A stretch of DNA of 64,000 bases. Source: Candidatus Kapaibacterium sp. (GTDB lineage Bacteria > Bacteroidota > Ignavibacteria > Kapaibacteriales > UBA2268). The stretch's first letter is position 1. The number at the start of each line of letters is the position of its first letter. Below, in pieces: positions 19,303 to 29,422 of this stretch. The position numbers were made by a program, and so were the translations under genes. The notes under the pieces were generated by a model. The model saw only the letters and a list, made by a program, of their open reading frames with translations, had not been told where the DNA came from and searched no databases. The stretch lies in contig OY761611.1 of the NCBI GenBank assembly GCA_963664875.1, positions 704,001-768,000 of the forward strand. The letters run 5' to 3'.

Positions 19303-19448
19303 ACTTCCTTGCGTATTTTTGTTATAATACGTTACCTGAATGACATATACAGTTTGAAAATACTAATTTCATCTTACAAGCGTTTATTTAGGCTATGAAA
19401 TGAATAGTGAATATTCCTTTTTTTATAACAATTATCAGGAGCCTTATC

Positions 19449-19880
19449 ATGGTAAAGTCTAATGTTTATCTAAACTTCAAAGGGAACTGTGAAGAAGCTT
19501 TCAATTTCTATAAATGTGTTTTTGATGTCGAATTTGAATATATTAGCAGATTCAAAGATATGCCTCCAATGGAAGAGCATCCGCTTGCTCCGGAAGATGC
19601 AGAAAAAATCATGCATGTTTCCATCCGCTTAGGCGACGGCACAAGTATTATGGGGTCTGATGTAGGAAGTAAATGGGAAGAGTATCATCAAGCCGGTACA
19701 AATTTCCATATCTCTCTTCAAACAGATAGTAGAGAAGAAACAGAAAAGTTATTCAATGCTCTATCAGAAGGTGGTCAGGTGATGATGCCATTAGGCGATA
19801 CATTCTGGGGAGCTTACTTTGGTATGTTTACAGATAAGTTTGGAATTGGCTGGATGGTCAATTACGAACAACAGCAATAA
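19449..19880 (+). CDS. VOC family protein (PhnB/glyoxalase-like)
   Basis: YLNFKGNCEEAFNFY, KIMHV, MPLGDTFWGAYFGMFTDKFGIGWMV; AGGAG RBS before ATG 19449. Confidence 0.92.
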   Translation: MVKSNVYLNFKGNCEEAFNFYKCVFDVEFEYISRFKDMPPMEEHPLAPEDAEKIMHVSIRLGDGTSIMGSDVGSKWEEYHQAGTNFHISLQTDSREETEKLFNALSEGGQVMMPLGDTFWGAYFGMFTDKFGIGWMVNYEQQQ

Positions 19881-19903
19881 TTTAAGTTGAATCGATTATA
19901 AAC

Positions 19904-19951
19904 AACAAACCCGTATCTATGATATATTTCAAATAGATACGGGTATTGTTT
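19904..19951. terminator. Terminator-like hairpin between convergent genes
   Basis: ACCCGTATCTAT...ATAGATACGGGT perfect 12-bp stem. Confidence 0.75.
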
Positions 19952-19966
19952 AATATATAAAAACAA

Positions 19967-20926
<960 letters not shown>

Positions 20927-21086
20927 TCAAAGTAGCTTGGGGAAATTTAGCTCCCCAAGCTTATCTATGGACTTTTAAAATAGTATTTTATTGAGTTATA
21001 TGTAGCATATATTCTTGATATTTAAGATAATTGAATAAAATAGGCTCGCCTAAATTAATTAAGTCGGCATATTATACTTTTCTTAA

Positions 21087-22364
21087 TTATTTATCAAGAA
21101 GCTCTCTATATTTGTTAGTAGGAAGTGATTTTGGTCTTGTAATCGGCAATCCATAAGCTCTGCTAATTACAGACTGTGCGGTGATACCCAATGCTCTGGA
21201 AACACTAAATAGCACTGTATAGTAACTAAATTCTTTTAACCCGTAATGATAGAGCAATGCTCCGGAGCCTGCATCTACGTTCGGCCAAGGGTCTTTTATC
21301 TTTTTAACCTGTTTCAATACTTCAGGAACAACATTAAAGACTCTTTCGACTGTTGCAAAAACAGGATCATCGCTCATATATTTTTGTCCAAATCTAAGGA
21401 AAGCATCAAACCTTGGATCAGTTATTCTAAGCACAGCGTGACCGTATCCCGGAATCACTTTACCTGAATCAAGAGTTTCCCAAGCAAATTTTTCGAGTTC
21501 TTTTTCGGTAGGAGTACCGCCAAACTGATCCATAGTCTCCAAGACCCATTTTAGACATTCCTGATTAGCCAAGCCATGAAGAGGACCAGATAGACCATTC
21601 AAACCACCGGATAGAGAATAATATAAATCAGACAATGCCGAATTGATAGTTGCTGATGTATTGGCACTTACGTTACCACCTTCATGATCAGAGTGTAGAG
21701 TCAAATACAATCTCATTAGTTGAGAAAATTCGCCTTTCCCTGTGCCAAGACCTAACATTTTCACATAGTTGCCTGACCAGTCCAATGATTTATCAGGTGC
21801 TATCCTTTCGCCTTTATTAAAACGCTTTCTATAAACATAAGCTGCAATGGCAGGTAGTTTTGCAATAATATCTAAAGCATCCTCCAAAGTCGGTTTCCAA
21901 TAATCTGATTTTGAAATACCAACATTATATGCCTTTGCAAATTTTGATTCATTTTGCATTACAAGAATGGCAGTGTTGAACATTGCCATTGGATGTGAAT
22001 CGTTAGGCATATTATCAATAACTTTCCAAACATATTCCGGCACATCCATTCTGTTGTTCAACTCATTCTGTAAATCTTCCAATTCTTCTTTGTTAGGTAA
22101 TTCACCTGTAAGAAGTAACCAGAATATTTCTTCAGGTAGTTTATCTTCTAACTCTTTTAATTCTATGCCTCTTATGATTAAGCCTTTGTCAGGTGGCACT
22201 TCTGAAGTATCGCATACCAAAGCTTTCACTCCACGCATCCCGCCGTAAACCTGTGCAAGAGTAACCTGAGATACAACCTGATCTCCTTTTTCTTTTAAAA
22301 GCTGTTTGATAGATTCAATTTGAACCGGTAAGGTTTGTTCTAATTTTTGTTTGAGTAATGACAT
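21087..22364 (-). CDS. gltA: Citrate (Si)-synthase, eukaryotic/Geobacter type
   Basis: YGGMRG, HSDHEGGNVSA, GPLHGLANQE, PGYGHAVLR.TDPR, WPNVD, RPKS; start revised to ATG 22364. Confidence 0.93.
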   Translation of the reverse strand: MSLLKQKLEQTLPVQIESIKQLLKEKGDQVVSQVTLAQVYGGMRGVKALVCDTSEVPPDKGLIIRGIELKELEDKLPEEIFWLLLTGELPNKEELEDLQNELNNRMDVPEYVWKVIDNMPNDSHPMAMFNTAILVMQNESKFAKAYNVGISKSDYWKPTLEDALDIIAKLPAIAAYVYRKRFNKGERIAPDKSLDWSGNYVKMLGLGTGKGEFSQLMRLYLTLHSDHEGGNVSANTSATINSALSDLYYSLSGGLNGLSGPLHGLANQECLKWVLETMDQFGGTPTEKELEKFAWETLDSGKVIPGYGHAVLRITDPRFDAFLRFGQKYMSDDPVFATVERVFNVVPEVLKQVKKIKDPWPNVDAGSGALLYHYGLKEFSYYTVLFSVSRALGITAQSVISRAYGLPITRPKSLPTNKYRELLDK

Positions 22365-22806
22365 ATATTTATCCCTTAAAGTGTTATATGTGAATATGTT
22401 ATCAATGCCTATCAAATAATTGCAGTGCCTAAACTTCATCTGTAATCAGATGTATTGAAACACTCAGATGATATAAATTATCAATTAAACCGAACTTAAA
22501 TATTATTCGTACAAACGACTAAGTTATTTGAATTATTGTGAATAATTCAAAAAAACAAGTTTCTACTCTTTTTTGATTTTCTTTCATACCCAATATTTTG
22601 ATATATCAGATAACAAGACAGGCTTGTTAGTATTATGTAGTTAGTACGAGGAATATACTTTAAGCTTTTGGTGTTTAGTCTTTACATTTGCTTTAATCTA
22701 ACCGACTTTTCGAACTCTTGTCTAAAAGAGGTTTGTATTTAGCATCTCTTTTGTATAGATATTTTTGTTAGATTTGATTTTTTAGTAAAATGCAAAGACA
22801 AATATT

Positions 22807-23754
22807 ATGGCAAGAGTTTTAATAACAGGTGGTGCGGGCTTTTTAGGTTCACATCTTTGCGACAAATTTATTGCTAACGGTGATGAAGTAATATGTATGG
22901 ACAATTTCGTAACAGGTTCTCCCGATAATATTGCTCATTTAATGGGGAATCCAAAATTTACATTTATCCAGCATGATGTTACCACTTATGTATATGTTCC
23001 CGGAGATTTAGACTATATCTTACACTTCGCGTCTCCTGCTTCTCCTATAGATTATTTGAAACTTCCTATACAGACTTTGAAAGTAGGTTCTTTAGGCACT
23101 CATAAGACATTAGGACTTGCTAAGGCAAAAAATGCAAGATTTCTCCTTGCTTCGACTTCTGAAACATACGGAGATCCTCTTATCCACCCTCAACCCGAGA
23201 CTTATTGGGGAAATGTCAATCCTGTTGGATTTAGAGGTGTTTACGACGAAGCTAAGCGATTTGCAGAAGCAATGACTATGGCTTACAATCGATATCATGG
23301 AGTGGAAACCCGTATCGTTAGAATTTTCAATACCTACGGCCCTCGAATGAGACTGCAAGACGGTAGAGCTATACCTAATTTTATCACTCAGGCGGTAGCC
23401 GGTAACGATGTAACTGTTTATGGTGACGGTAGCCAGACTCGTTCGGTATGCTATGTTGATGATCTAATCGAAGGTATTTTCAGACTGCTTATGTCTGATG
23501 AAGTTAATCCAACCAACATTGGTAACCCTGATGAACTTACTATGCTTCAACTTGCTGAGGAAATTATTTCACTAACAGGCTCTACAAGTAAAATAATATT
23601 TGAAGATTTACCTGCTGATGACCCTAAAGTAAGACAACCTGACATCAGCAAAGCAAAAGAAATTCTAAAATGGCAACCCAATGTCGATCGTTTGGAAGGT
23701 CTTAAAAAAACAATTGAAGATTTCAAATACAGATTAAAACTCGAAAATAAATAA
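22807..23754 (+). CDS. UDP-glucuronic acid decarboxylase (UDP-xylose synthase) family
   Basis: [61 protein letters not shown]. Confidence 0.93.
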   Translation: MARVLITGGAGFLGSHLCDKFIANGDEVICMDNFVTGSPDNIAHLMGNPKFTFIQHDVTTYVYVPGDLDYILHFASPASPIDYLKLPIQTLKVGSLGTHKTLGLAKAKNARFLLASTSETYGDPLIHPQPETYWGNVNPVGFRGVYDEAKRFAEAMTMAYNRYHGVETRIVRIFNTYGPRMRLQDGRAIPNFITQAVAGNDVTVYGDGSQTRSVCYVDDLIEGIFRLLMSDEVNPTNIGNPDELTMLQLAEEIISLTGSTSKIIFEDLPADDPKVRQPDISKAKEILKWQPNVDRLEGLKKTIEDFKYRLKLENK

Positions 23755-23775
23755 AAAAAAGTATCTTTCTATATT

Positions 23776-23811
23776 AAACTGTTCCGTGAGCCAAATTGCG
23801 GGACAGTTTTT
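23776..23811 (+). terminator. Rho-independent terminator
   Basis: AAACTGTTCCGT...GCGGGACAGTTT plus T-tract. Confidence 0.75.
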
Positions 23812-23978
23812 ATATTATATCATATTTTGACTTGCAATTCCAACCGAAGTATCTTGCGTAAATAATAATTACCACAAACGCAAAATCACTTAAATTAAAA
23901 AAAATCATTTGAAAATGAGCGTAAAAAAGATTATAATTGTTGCTTGATTATTTTAAGTAACAGTTAGAATGGATAGTT

Positions 23979-26900
23979 ATGTTTAAGCCATTACCAGAGA
24001 ATTTGTCTTACGCAAAATTAGAGCACGAAATGCTCAAATTTTGGGAAGAGAATGATATATTCCAAAAATCTTTAAATCAACGAGAAGGCAGACCTCACTT
24101 TAGTTTTTTTGAGGGACCTCCTACTGTAAATGGTCGTCCGGGCATTCACCATATGATGGCTCGTACTATCAAAGATACTGTTTGCCGTTATAAATCTCTA
24201 CAAGGTTACTACGTACGTCGTCAGGCAGGTTGGGACACTCACGGTTTGCCGGTTGAAATTGCTGTAGAGAAACAGCTTAAATTGAAAGATAAAACTGAAA
24301 TTGAAGTTTACGGTATAGAAGAATTTAACAATAAATGCAAAGAATTTGTCTATAAAAATATAGAAATGGACGAAGGCTGGAAATATCTTACTCATCGCAT
24401 GGGTTATTGGGTAAATATGGATGAAGCCTACATCACTTGCACAAATAACTATATTGAATCTGTTTGGTGGGCACTCAAATCCTTCTTTGATAAAGGTCTT
24501 ATCTACAAAGGATTTAAAGTAGTTCCTCAGTCTCCTACTATCGAAACTCCTCTTAGCTCTCACGAGCTATCTTTGGGGTACAAAGATGTTAAGGATCCGA
24601 ACTGCTACATCATGCCTAAGATTCTTTCTTCTAAGATTGAAGGTCTTGAAAACGCAAGACTTCTTATTTGGACTACTACTCCATGGACTCTTTTTGCAAA
24701 CGTTGCAGCTGCTTGCGGTGAAGATATTGATTATGTTCACGTTCGCAATACTCGCACTGTCAAAAACAGTGATGAAGTTTTGGTCTATGAGTTAGTTTTA
24801 GCCAAAGAAAGAATTGCTGCCTTAGATGGCGAAACAGAAATTTTGAATGAGTTTAAAGGCAAAGATTTAATCGGCACTAAGTACGATCAAATTCTTCCTT
24901 TCTGTGCGATAGATATGGACGCTCACCCTAATGCACTTTCTGTTGTGGCAGGTGACTTCGTTTCTACTGGCGACGGTTCGGGTATCGTCCACCTTGCTCC
25001 TGCTTTTGGTGAAGACGATTATAGAATGTCCCGCGAATGGAATTTGCCATTCTTACAACCTGTAACTCCTAACGGTCACTTAACTGAAGACTGCGGTGAG
25101 TTTGCAGGAAGAGCAATCAAAAACTTTACTTATGAAGATCACGAAGAAGAAGGTGTAGATAAAGATGTAGTTATCTGGTTGAAATATAACGATAAGATTT
25201 ATCGCTCAACTAATGACTACCTCCACAGCTACCCTCACTGCTGGAGAACAGGTAACCCAATCATGTACTACGCAAGAGAGTCTTGGTTTATCAAAGCTCC
25301 TGAGTACAAAGAAAGAATGATTGACATCAATAAGAACGAAATCAACTGGCAACCACCTGAAATCGGTGCCGGCAGATTCGGTAACTGGTTGGAAGAAGTT
25401 AAAGAGTGGTCGCTTTCAAGAGACAGATATTGGGGCACTCCGCTTCCAATCTGGGTTAACGAAAACGACAGCACAGACATTTTTGCAATCGGCTCAATCG
25501 AAGAACTTAGCAAAGGACTTTTTGAAATGGAAGACGGAACTTTAGTTCCTGTACCTGAATGTAAAAAAGAAATCGACTTGCACAGACAGTTCGTTGATAG
25601 AGTTGTATTCGAAAAAGAAGGAAACAAATACAGACGTGTTCACGAAGTGATCGACGTTTGGTTTGACTCAGGTGCTATGCCTTTTGCGCAATTCCACTAT
25701 CCGTTCGAAAATAAAGAATTATTCGATAAGCAGTTCCCTGGTGACTTTATTGCTGAAGGTATCGATCAGACTCGTGGCTGGTTCTATACTTTGCATAGCA
25801 TTTCAACAGCATTATTTGACAAACCTGCTTATAAAAATATCGTTGTAAACGAGCTTATTCTCGATAAAGACGGTATCAAAATGTCTAAATCTAAAGGCAA
25901 CACTATTGACCCATTCGAGGTAATGGAACAGTACGGTGCCGATGCAGTCAGATGGTATCTGTTTGTAAACAATCCACCTTGGAAAGCAACTAAGTTCAAT
26001 CCAGGCGATATTGCGAAAACTGTTATCTCTGACTTTATGCGTTCGCTTACTAATACATACGCATTCTTTACGCTATATGCTAATATTGATGGATTTACAG
26101 GTCAGGAAGCTAAAATTGAAGTAGCTGGAAGACCGGAAATAGACAGATGGATTCTTTCTCGTACAAATACTCTACTTAGAGAATATATCAAATTGATGGA
26201 TGCTTATGAGCTAACTAAAGCTCACAGAGCAATTCAGGATTTTGTTATAAATGAGCTTTCTAACTGGTATATCCGCCGTAACAGACGCCGTTTCTGGAAA
26301 GGTGCAATAGACAATGACAAGCTTGCTGCATATCAGACGTTAAGAGAAGTATTGCTTAGCATTACTAAAATGATGGCTGCTGCTGCACCGTTCTTATCAG
26401 ATGATTTGTATCAGAAATTGCGTTATGAAAACGACCCGATTTCAATCCATTTAACTGAGTATCCTACTGTAGAAGACAGCGATATCGACGTTGATTTGGA
26501 ACGCAAAATGGATATGGCTCAAAAGATAGTTTATTTGGCTCGCTCTTTAAGAGAAAAAGCTAAGATTAGAACTCGTCAGCCATTGCAGAGAATTCTTGTT
26601 CCTGTGATTTCTCCTCAGGAAAGAAGAGATATTCAGCTTGTGGAAGACATTATCAAAGAAGAGCTTAATATCAAAGCTGTAGAATTTGTTAGCGAAGACA
26701 CTGCTTCTATCGTTCAAAGATCTGCCAAAGGTAACTTTAAAGTTATGGGTAAGAAATTCGGTAAAGCTACGCAAAAAGTTGCAAATGTTATTGCTGCTTT
26801 GACTAACGACCAGATTGTATCTTTGGAACAAGGTAAAACTCTTAACCTTCAGGTTGAAGATATGAAGGTTGATATCGTTTTAGAAGATATTATCGTTGCA

Positions 26901-27230
26901 GGTGAGGAAATCGAAGGTTGGTTGGTAGCTACTGAGCAGGGCGTTACTGTCGCTCTTGACACTCAGGTTACTAAAGAGCTTGAGCAGGAAGGTTTGGCTC
27001 GCGAAGTTGTAAATCGTATTCAAAACATGCGTAAAGGTGCAGGTTTTGAGGTAACTGACCGCATTACTGTTAAGTACAATGCGCCGGAAGCTATCAAAAA
27101 CGCAGTTGAAGCTATGTCAGAATACATTAAAAATGAAACTCTTGCAGAATCTATTGACTTTGATGCTGCTACAGCAGGTGAAGAAGTTGATGTGTTAGGT
27201 GATATGGTGAATATCGCTATCGCGAAGTAA
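23979..27230 (+). CDS. ileS: Isoleucine--tRNA ligase, type 2 (IleRS2)
   Basis: EGPP, GIHH signature variant, GWDTHGLP, WTTTPWTL, SRDRYWGTP, EGIDQTRGWF, KMSKS, long type-2 C-terminus. Confidence 0.97.
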   Translation: MFKPLPENLSYAKLEHEMLKFWEENDIFQKSLNQREGRPHFSFFEGPPTVNGRPGIHHMMARTIKDTVCRYKSLQGYYVRRQAGWDTHGLPVEIAVEKQLKLKDKTEIEVYGIEEFNNKCKEFVYKNIEMDEGWKYLTHRMGYWVNMDEAYITCTNNYIESVWWALKSFFDKGLIYKGFKVVPQSPTIETPLSSHELSLGYKDVKDPNCYIMPKILSSKIEGLENARLLIWTTTPWTLFANVAAACGEDIDYVHVRNTRTVKNSDEVLVYELVLAKERIAALDGETEILNEFKGKDLIGTKYDQILPFCAIDMDAHPNALSVVAGDFVSTGDGSGIVHLAPAFGEDDYRMSREWNLPFLQPVTPNGHLTEDCGEFAGRAIKNFTYEDHEEEGVDKDVVIWLKYNDKIYRSTNDYLHSYPHCWRTGNPIMYYARESWFIKAPEYKERMIDINKNEINWQPPEIGAGRFGNWLEEVKEWSLSRDRYWGTPLPIWVNENDSTDIFAIGSIEELSKGLFEMEDGTLVPVPECKKEIDLHRQFVDRVVFEKEGNKYRRVHEVIDVWFDSGAMPFAQFHYPFENKELFDKQFPGDFIAEGIDQTRGWFYTLHSISTALFDKPAYKNIVVNELILDKDGIKMSKSKGNTIDPFEVMEQYGADAVRWYLFVNNPPWKATKFNPGDIAKTVISDFMRSLTNTYAFFTLYANIDGFTGQEAKIEVAGRPEIDRWILSRTNTLLREYIKLMDAYELTKAHRAIQDFVINELSNWYIRRNRRRFWKGAIDNDKLAAYQTLREVLLSITKMMAAAAPFLSDDLYQKLRYENDPISIHLTEYPTVEDSDIDVDLERKMDMAQKIVYLARSLREKAKIRTRQPLQRILVPVISPQERRDIQLVEDIIKEELNIKAVEFVSEDTASIVQRSAKGNFKVMGKKFGKATQKVANVIAALTNDQIVSLEQGKTLNLQVEDMKVDIVLEDIIVAGEEIEGWLVATEQGVTVALDTQVTKELEQEGLAREVVNRIQNMRKGAGFEVTDRITVKYNAPEAIKNAVEAMSEYIKNETLAESIDFDAATAGEEVDVLGDMVNIAIAK

Positions 27231-27258
27231 AGATTCTCTTATGAGATATAGATTATGG

Positions 27259-27294
27259 AAAAGCTGCTCTTTTTGCGAAGAGCAGCTTTTTTTT
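27259..27294 (+). terminator. Rho-independent terminator of ileS
   Basis: AAAAGCTGCTCTT...AAGAGCAGCTTTT plus T-tract. Confidence 0.88.
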
Positions 27295-27357
27295 ATGTAT
27301 TGGGAATTTTATCTAAGTCCCATCTTATGCTTGCCAAGTGCAGCGATGACCGGGTGG

Positions 27358-27573
27358 GAGGCTGTCTCATAAGTCAATATTTGCATTATATTCTTGATAT
27401 TTGTTAGTTTTGCCGCCAGCTAAAGCAGGCGGTTGCACTCATATAACTCCTTGCAACCGACGAAGGTTACTGAGCCTGTCTAAGTATAGACGTTGGCAAA
27501 AACAAAGTAGTTGTTGATAAATCACAATATTTACAGAGATTAAATGTAAAAAAAGTACTTAAAAGACAGTCTC
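27358..27573. mobile_element. Non-autonomous MITE/REPIN-like element with imperfect terminal inverted repeats
   Basis: GAGGCTGTCTCATAAGT (27358-27374) vs ACTTAAAAGACAGTCTC (27557-27573), 14/17 complementary; internal inverted REP-like arms TTTTGCC...GGTTGCA and TGCAACC...GGCAAAA. Confidence 0.5.
27469..27486 (-). repeat. REP-like unit (TACTT(C/A)GACAGGCTCAGT), copy 1
   Basis: ACTGAGCCTGTCTAAGTA is the reverse complement of copy 2 with one mismatch. Confidence 0.65.
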
Positions 27574-27674
27574 AACATCCCTTCTCAGTTTTTTTATTAT
27601 GTATAAATAACAAATTTTCTGCAAGTATCAAGTAGGTTCTTCGTGTGTTTCCACCCCGGAACTACGTGCCACCC

Positions 27675-27692
27675 TACTTCGACAGGCTCAGT
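27675..27692 (+). repeat. REP-like unit (TACTTCGACAGGCTCAGT), copy 2
   Basis: Inverted relative to copy 1; embedded in CCACCCCGG...GCCACCC|CTCAATAG..GGAATTT. Confidence 0.65.
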
Positions 27693-28084
27693 GCAACGCT
27701 CAATAGTGGAATTTTAGTTTTTTTAACTACCTCACAATTTTTAAGGATTCTGTATATTGATTGACCGTTGTGGTTAGTACTATGGTGTATGAGCCTATTG
27801 GTAAATCTATTAAGCTCTCTGTTATGTTTCGCTCGCCGGGGTAAGTTATATTTTCGTCGAAAATTGTGCACTTTTGTTTTTTCAGTTCCAAAAGTATATT
27901 TTTTCATAATCTTAACACAGACTAAAACAAATCTGTCATTCAATCGTAAACTATTAGAATATAGCCAATTGGGAATGTGTGAATATTTTTTGAAAATTTA
28001 TTTGTTTTTTCCCACTATTTATGATTATATTGGCGTTTTTACTAAACCATCTCCCGGTTTTGAATTTTTTAAATGAGGTGCGAT

Positions 28085-28732
28085 ATGCCAAGAAAGAAAA
28101 AAGACGAGGTTTTGGATCAGGAAAATATTGTCAGCACTGATGCAAATGATGATGTTTTATCTAAAAAACGCGGGCGACCTAAAAAAGAAGAAAGTCAAGA
28201 TTCAGATAATGATGTAACTACTATTCAAGTCGCTGCCCCTAAAGACAAAGTTAAAACTAAGGCTATGCTTGATGCCGAAGAAAGGGCTAACGAAGAACAC
28301 ATTGCCCCTAAGGAAGGTCTCCGCTATAGCGATGAAGAGCTCGAAGAGTTTAAGCAAATTATCTTGAAATCTAAAGAGGAAACTCTTGATGAGCTTACTA
28401 TGCTTCGCGAACGCTTAGACGACCTAAACAGCTATGACTTTGCCGAAGAATCTATGATTTATTCTATGCACATGGCTGAGCAAGGCTCTGAAGCTATGGA
28501 AAAAGAAAAGACTTATGCTCAAATCCAAAGAATCAATGAATATTTGAAAAAATTAGATGATGCCTTGGAGAGGATTGAACTCAAAACTTATGGTATCTGT
28601 AGAGTATGCGGCTGTTTAATCGCTAAACCAAGATTGCTTGCGGTGCCTATCACTACTTTGTCAGCTTCTTATAAAATACATAAGAAATGCCCTGACGACG
28701 GTGTAGATAGAATTGAGCCTTTGAAAAAATAA
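28085..28732 (+). CDS. DksA/TraR family transcription factor with N-terminal extension
   Basis: RYSDEELEEFK, coiled coil with HMAEQGSE tip, ALERIE..TYGICRVCG..I.K.RLLAVP; GAGGTG RBS before ATG 28085; ileS-dksA-lspA synteny. Confidence 0.88.
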   Translation: MPRKKKDEVLDQENIVSTDANDDVLSKKRGRPKKEESQDSDNDVTTIQVAAPKDKVKTKAMLDAEERANEEHIAPKEGLRYSDEELEEFKQIILKSKEETLDELTMLRERLDDLNSYDFAEESMIYSMHMAEQGSEAMEKEKTYAQIQRINEYLKKLDDALERIELKTYGICRVCGCLIAKPRLLAVPITTLSASYKIHKKCPDDGVDRIEPLKK

Positions 28733-28759
28733 GTTTATTTGTATTTTTTTACTTAAATT

Positions 28760-28788
28760 GGGACTCCTAAGTAGTCCCTTTTTTTTTT
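28760..28788 (+). terminator. Rho-independent terminator-like hairpin
   Basis: GGGACT-N7-AGTCCC plus 10 T. Confidence 0.65.
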
Positions 28789-28813
28789 GCTACTATTTAT
28801 ATCAAAATACATC

Positions 28814-29422
28814 ATGGAAAATAAAACCAACAGAAATTATTTTATACTTGCCATTTCATTTGTGCTATTGGATCAGATAACAAAAATTCTTGTAAAGGGA
28901 TTTAGTATTTTCGGATTCCAACATATAGGATTCAATTATGGCGAATCTATTAGTGTAATTGGCGATTTCCTGCATTTCACTTTTATAGAAAATCCCGGGA
29001 TGGCTTTTGGCATTTCATTCGGAGCAGGTAAAATATTTCTTTCTTTATTTTCGATTGTTGCAGCTATTGCTCTCGGCTGGTATCTTTCTAAAATCAAGTT
29101 TGCTAAGAGAGGTGTCAAATTAGGCATAGCTCTTATCTTTGCAGGAGCTGTAGGCAATCTGATAGATAGAGTTTTTTATGGTGTAATTTATGGAGAAATG
29201 CCACTATTTTATGGTAAAGTAGTAGATTTTATTCAGGTTGACATTCCGGATATTGATTTATTTGGAGTATATTATTCGCATTGGCCGGTTTTTAATATAG
29301 CAGATTCTTGTGTAACTGTTGGTGTTATTATTTTGCTTTTTGTGCATCAATATCTTCCGAGTATAGAATCTATCCGCCCCAAAAAGATCGAATCAGTCAA
29401 TACTGAAGAGGGTGTGGAGTAA
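28814..29422 (+). CDS. lspA: Lipoprotein signal peptidase II
   Basis: LDQITK, ENPGMAFG, GAVGNLIDR, VVDFI, VFNIAD; start revised to ATG 28814. Confidence 0.95.
   Translation: MENKTNRNYFILAISFVLLDQITKILVKGFSIFGFQHIGFNYGESISVIGDFLHFTFIENPGMAFGISFGAGKIFLSLFSIVAAIALGWYLSKIKFAKRGVKLGIALIFAGAVGNLIDRVFYGVIYGEMPLFYGKVVDFIQVDIPDIDLFGVYYSHWPVFNIADSCVTVGVIILLFVHQYLPSIESIRPKKIESVNTEEGVE

Noticed and set aside
23755-23978. Possible T-box leader upstream of ileS
   Set aside because: No T-box consensus (GGTGG.ACC) and no specifier stem visible
27300-28076. ORFs 27674..27943 (-) and 27768..28076 (+), or a possible CRISPR array in the long intergenic gap
   Set aside because: The ORFs have non-ATG starts, run through repeat remnants and have no motifs; the repeats are inverted and irregular rather than regularly spaced direct repeats, and there are no cas genes
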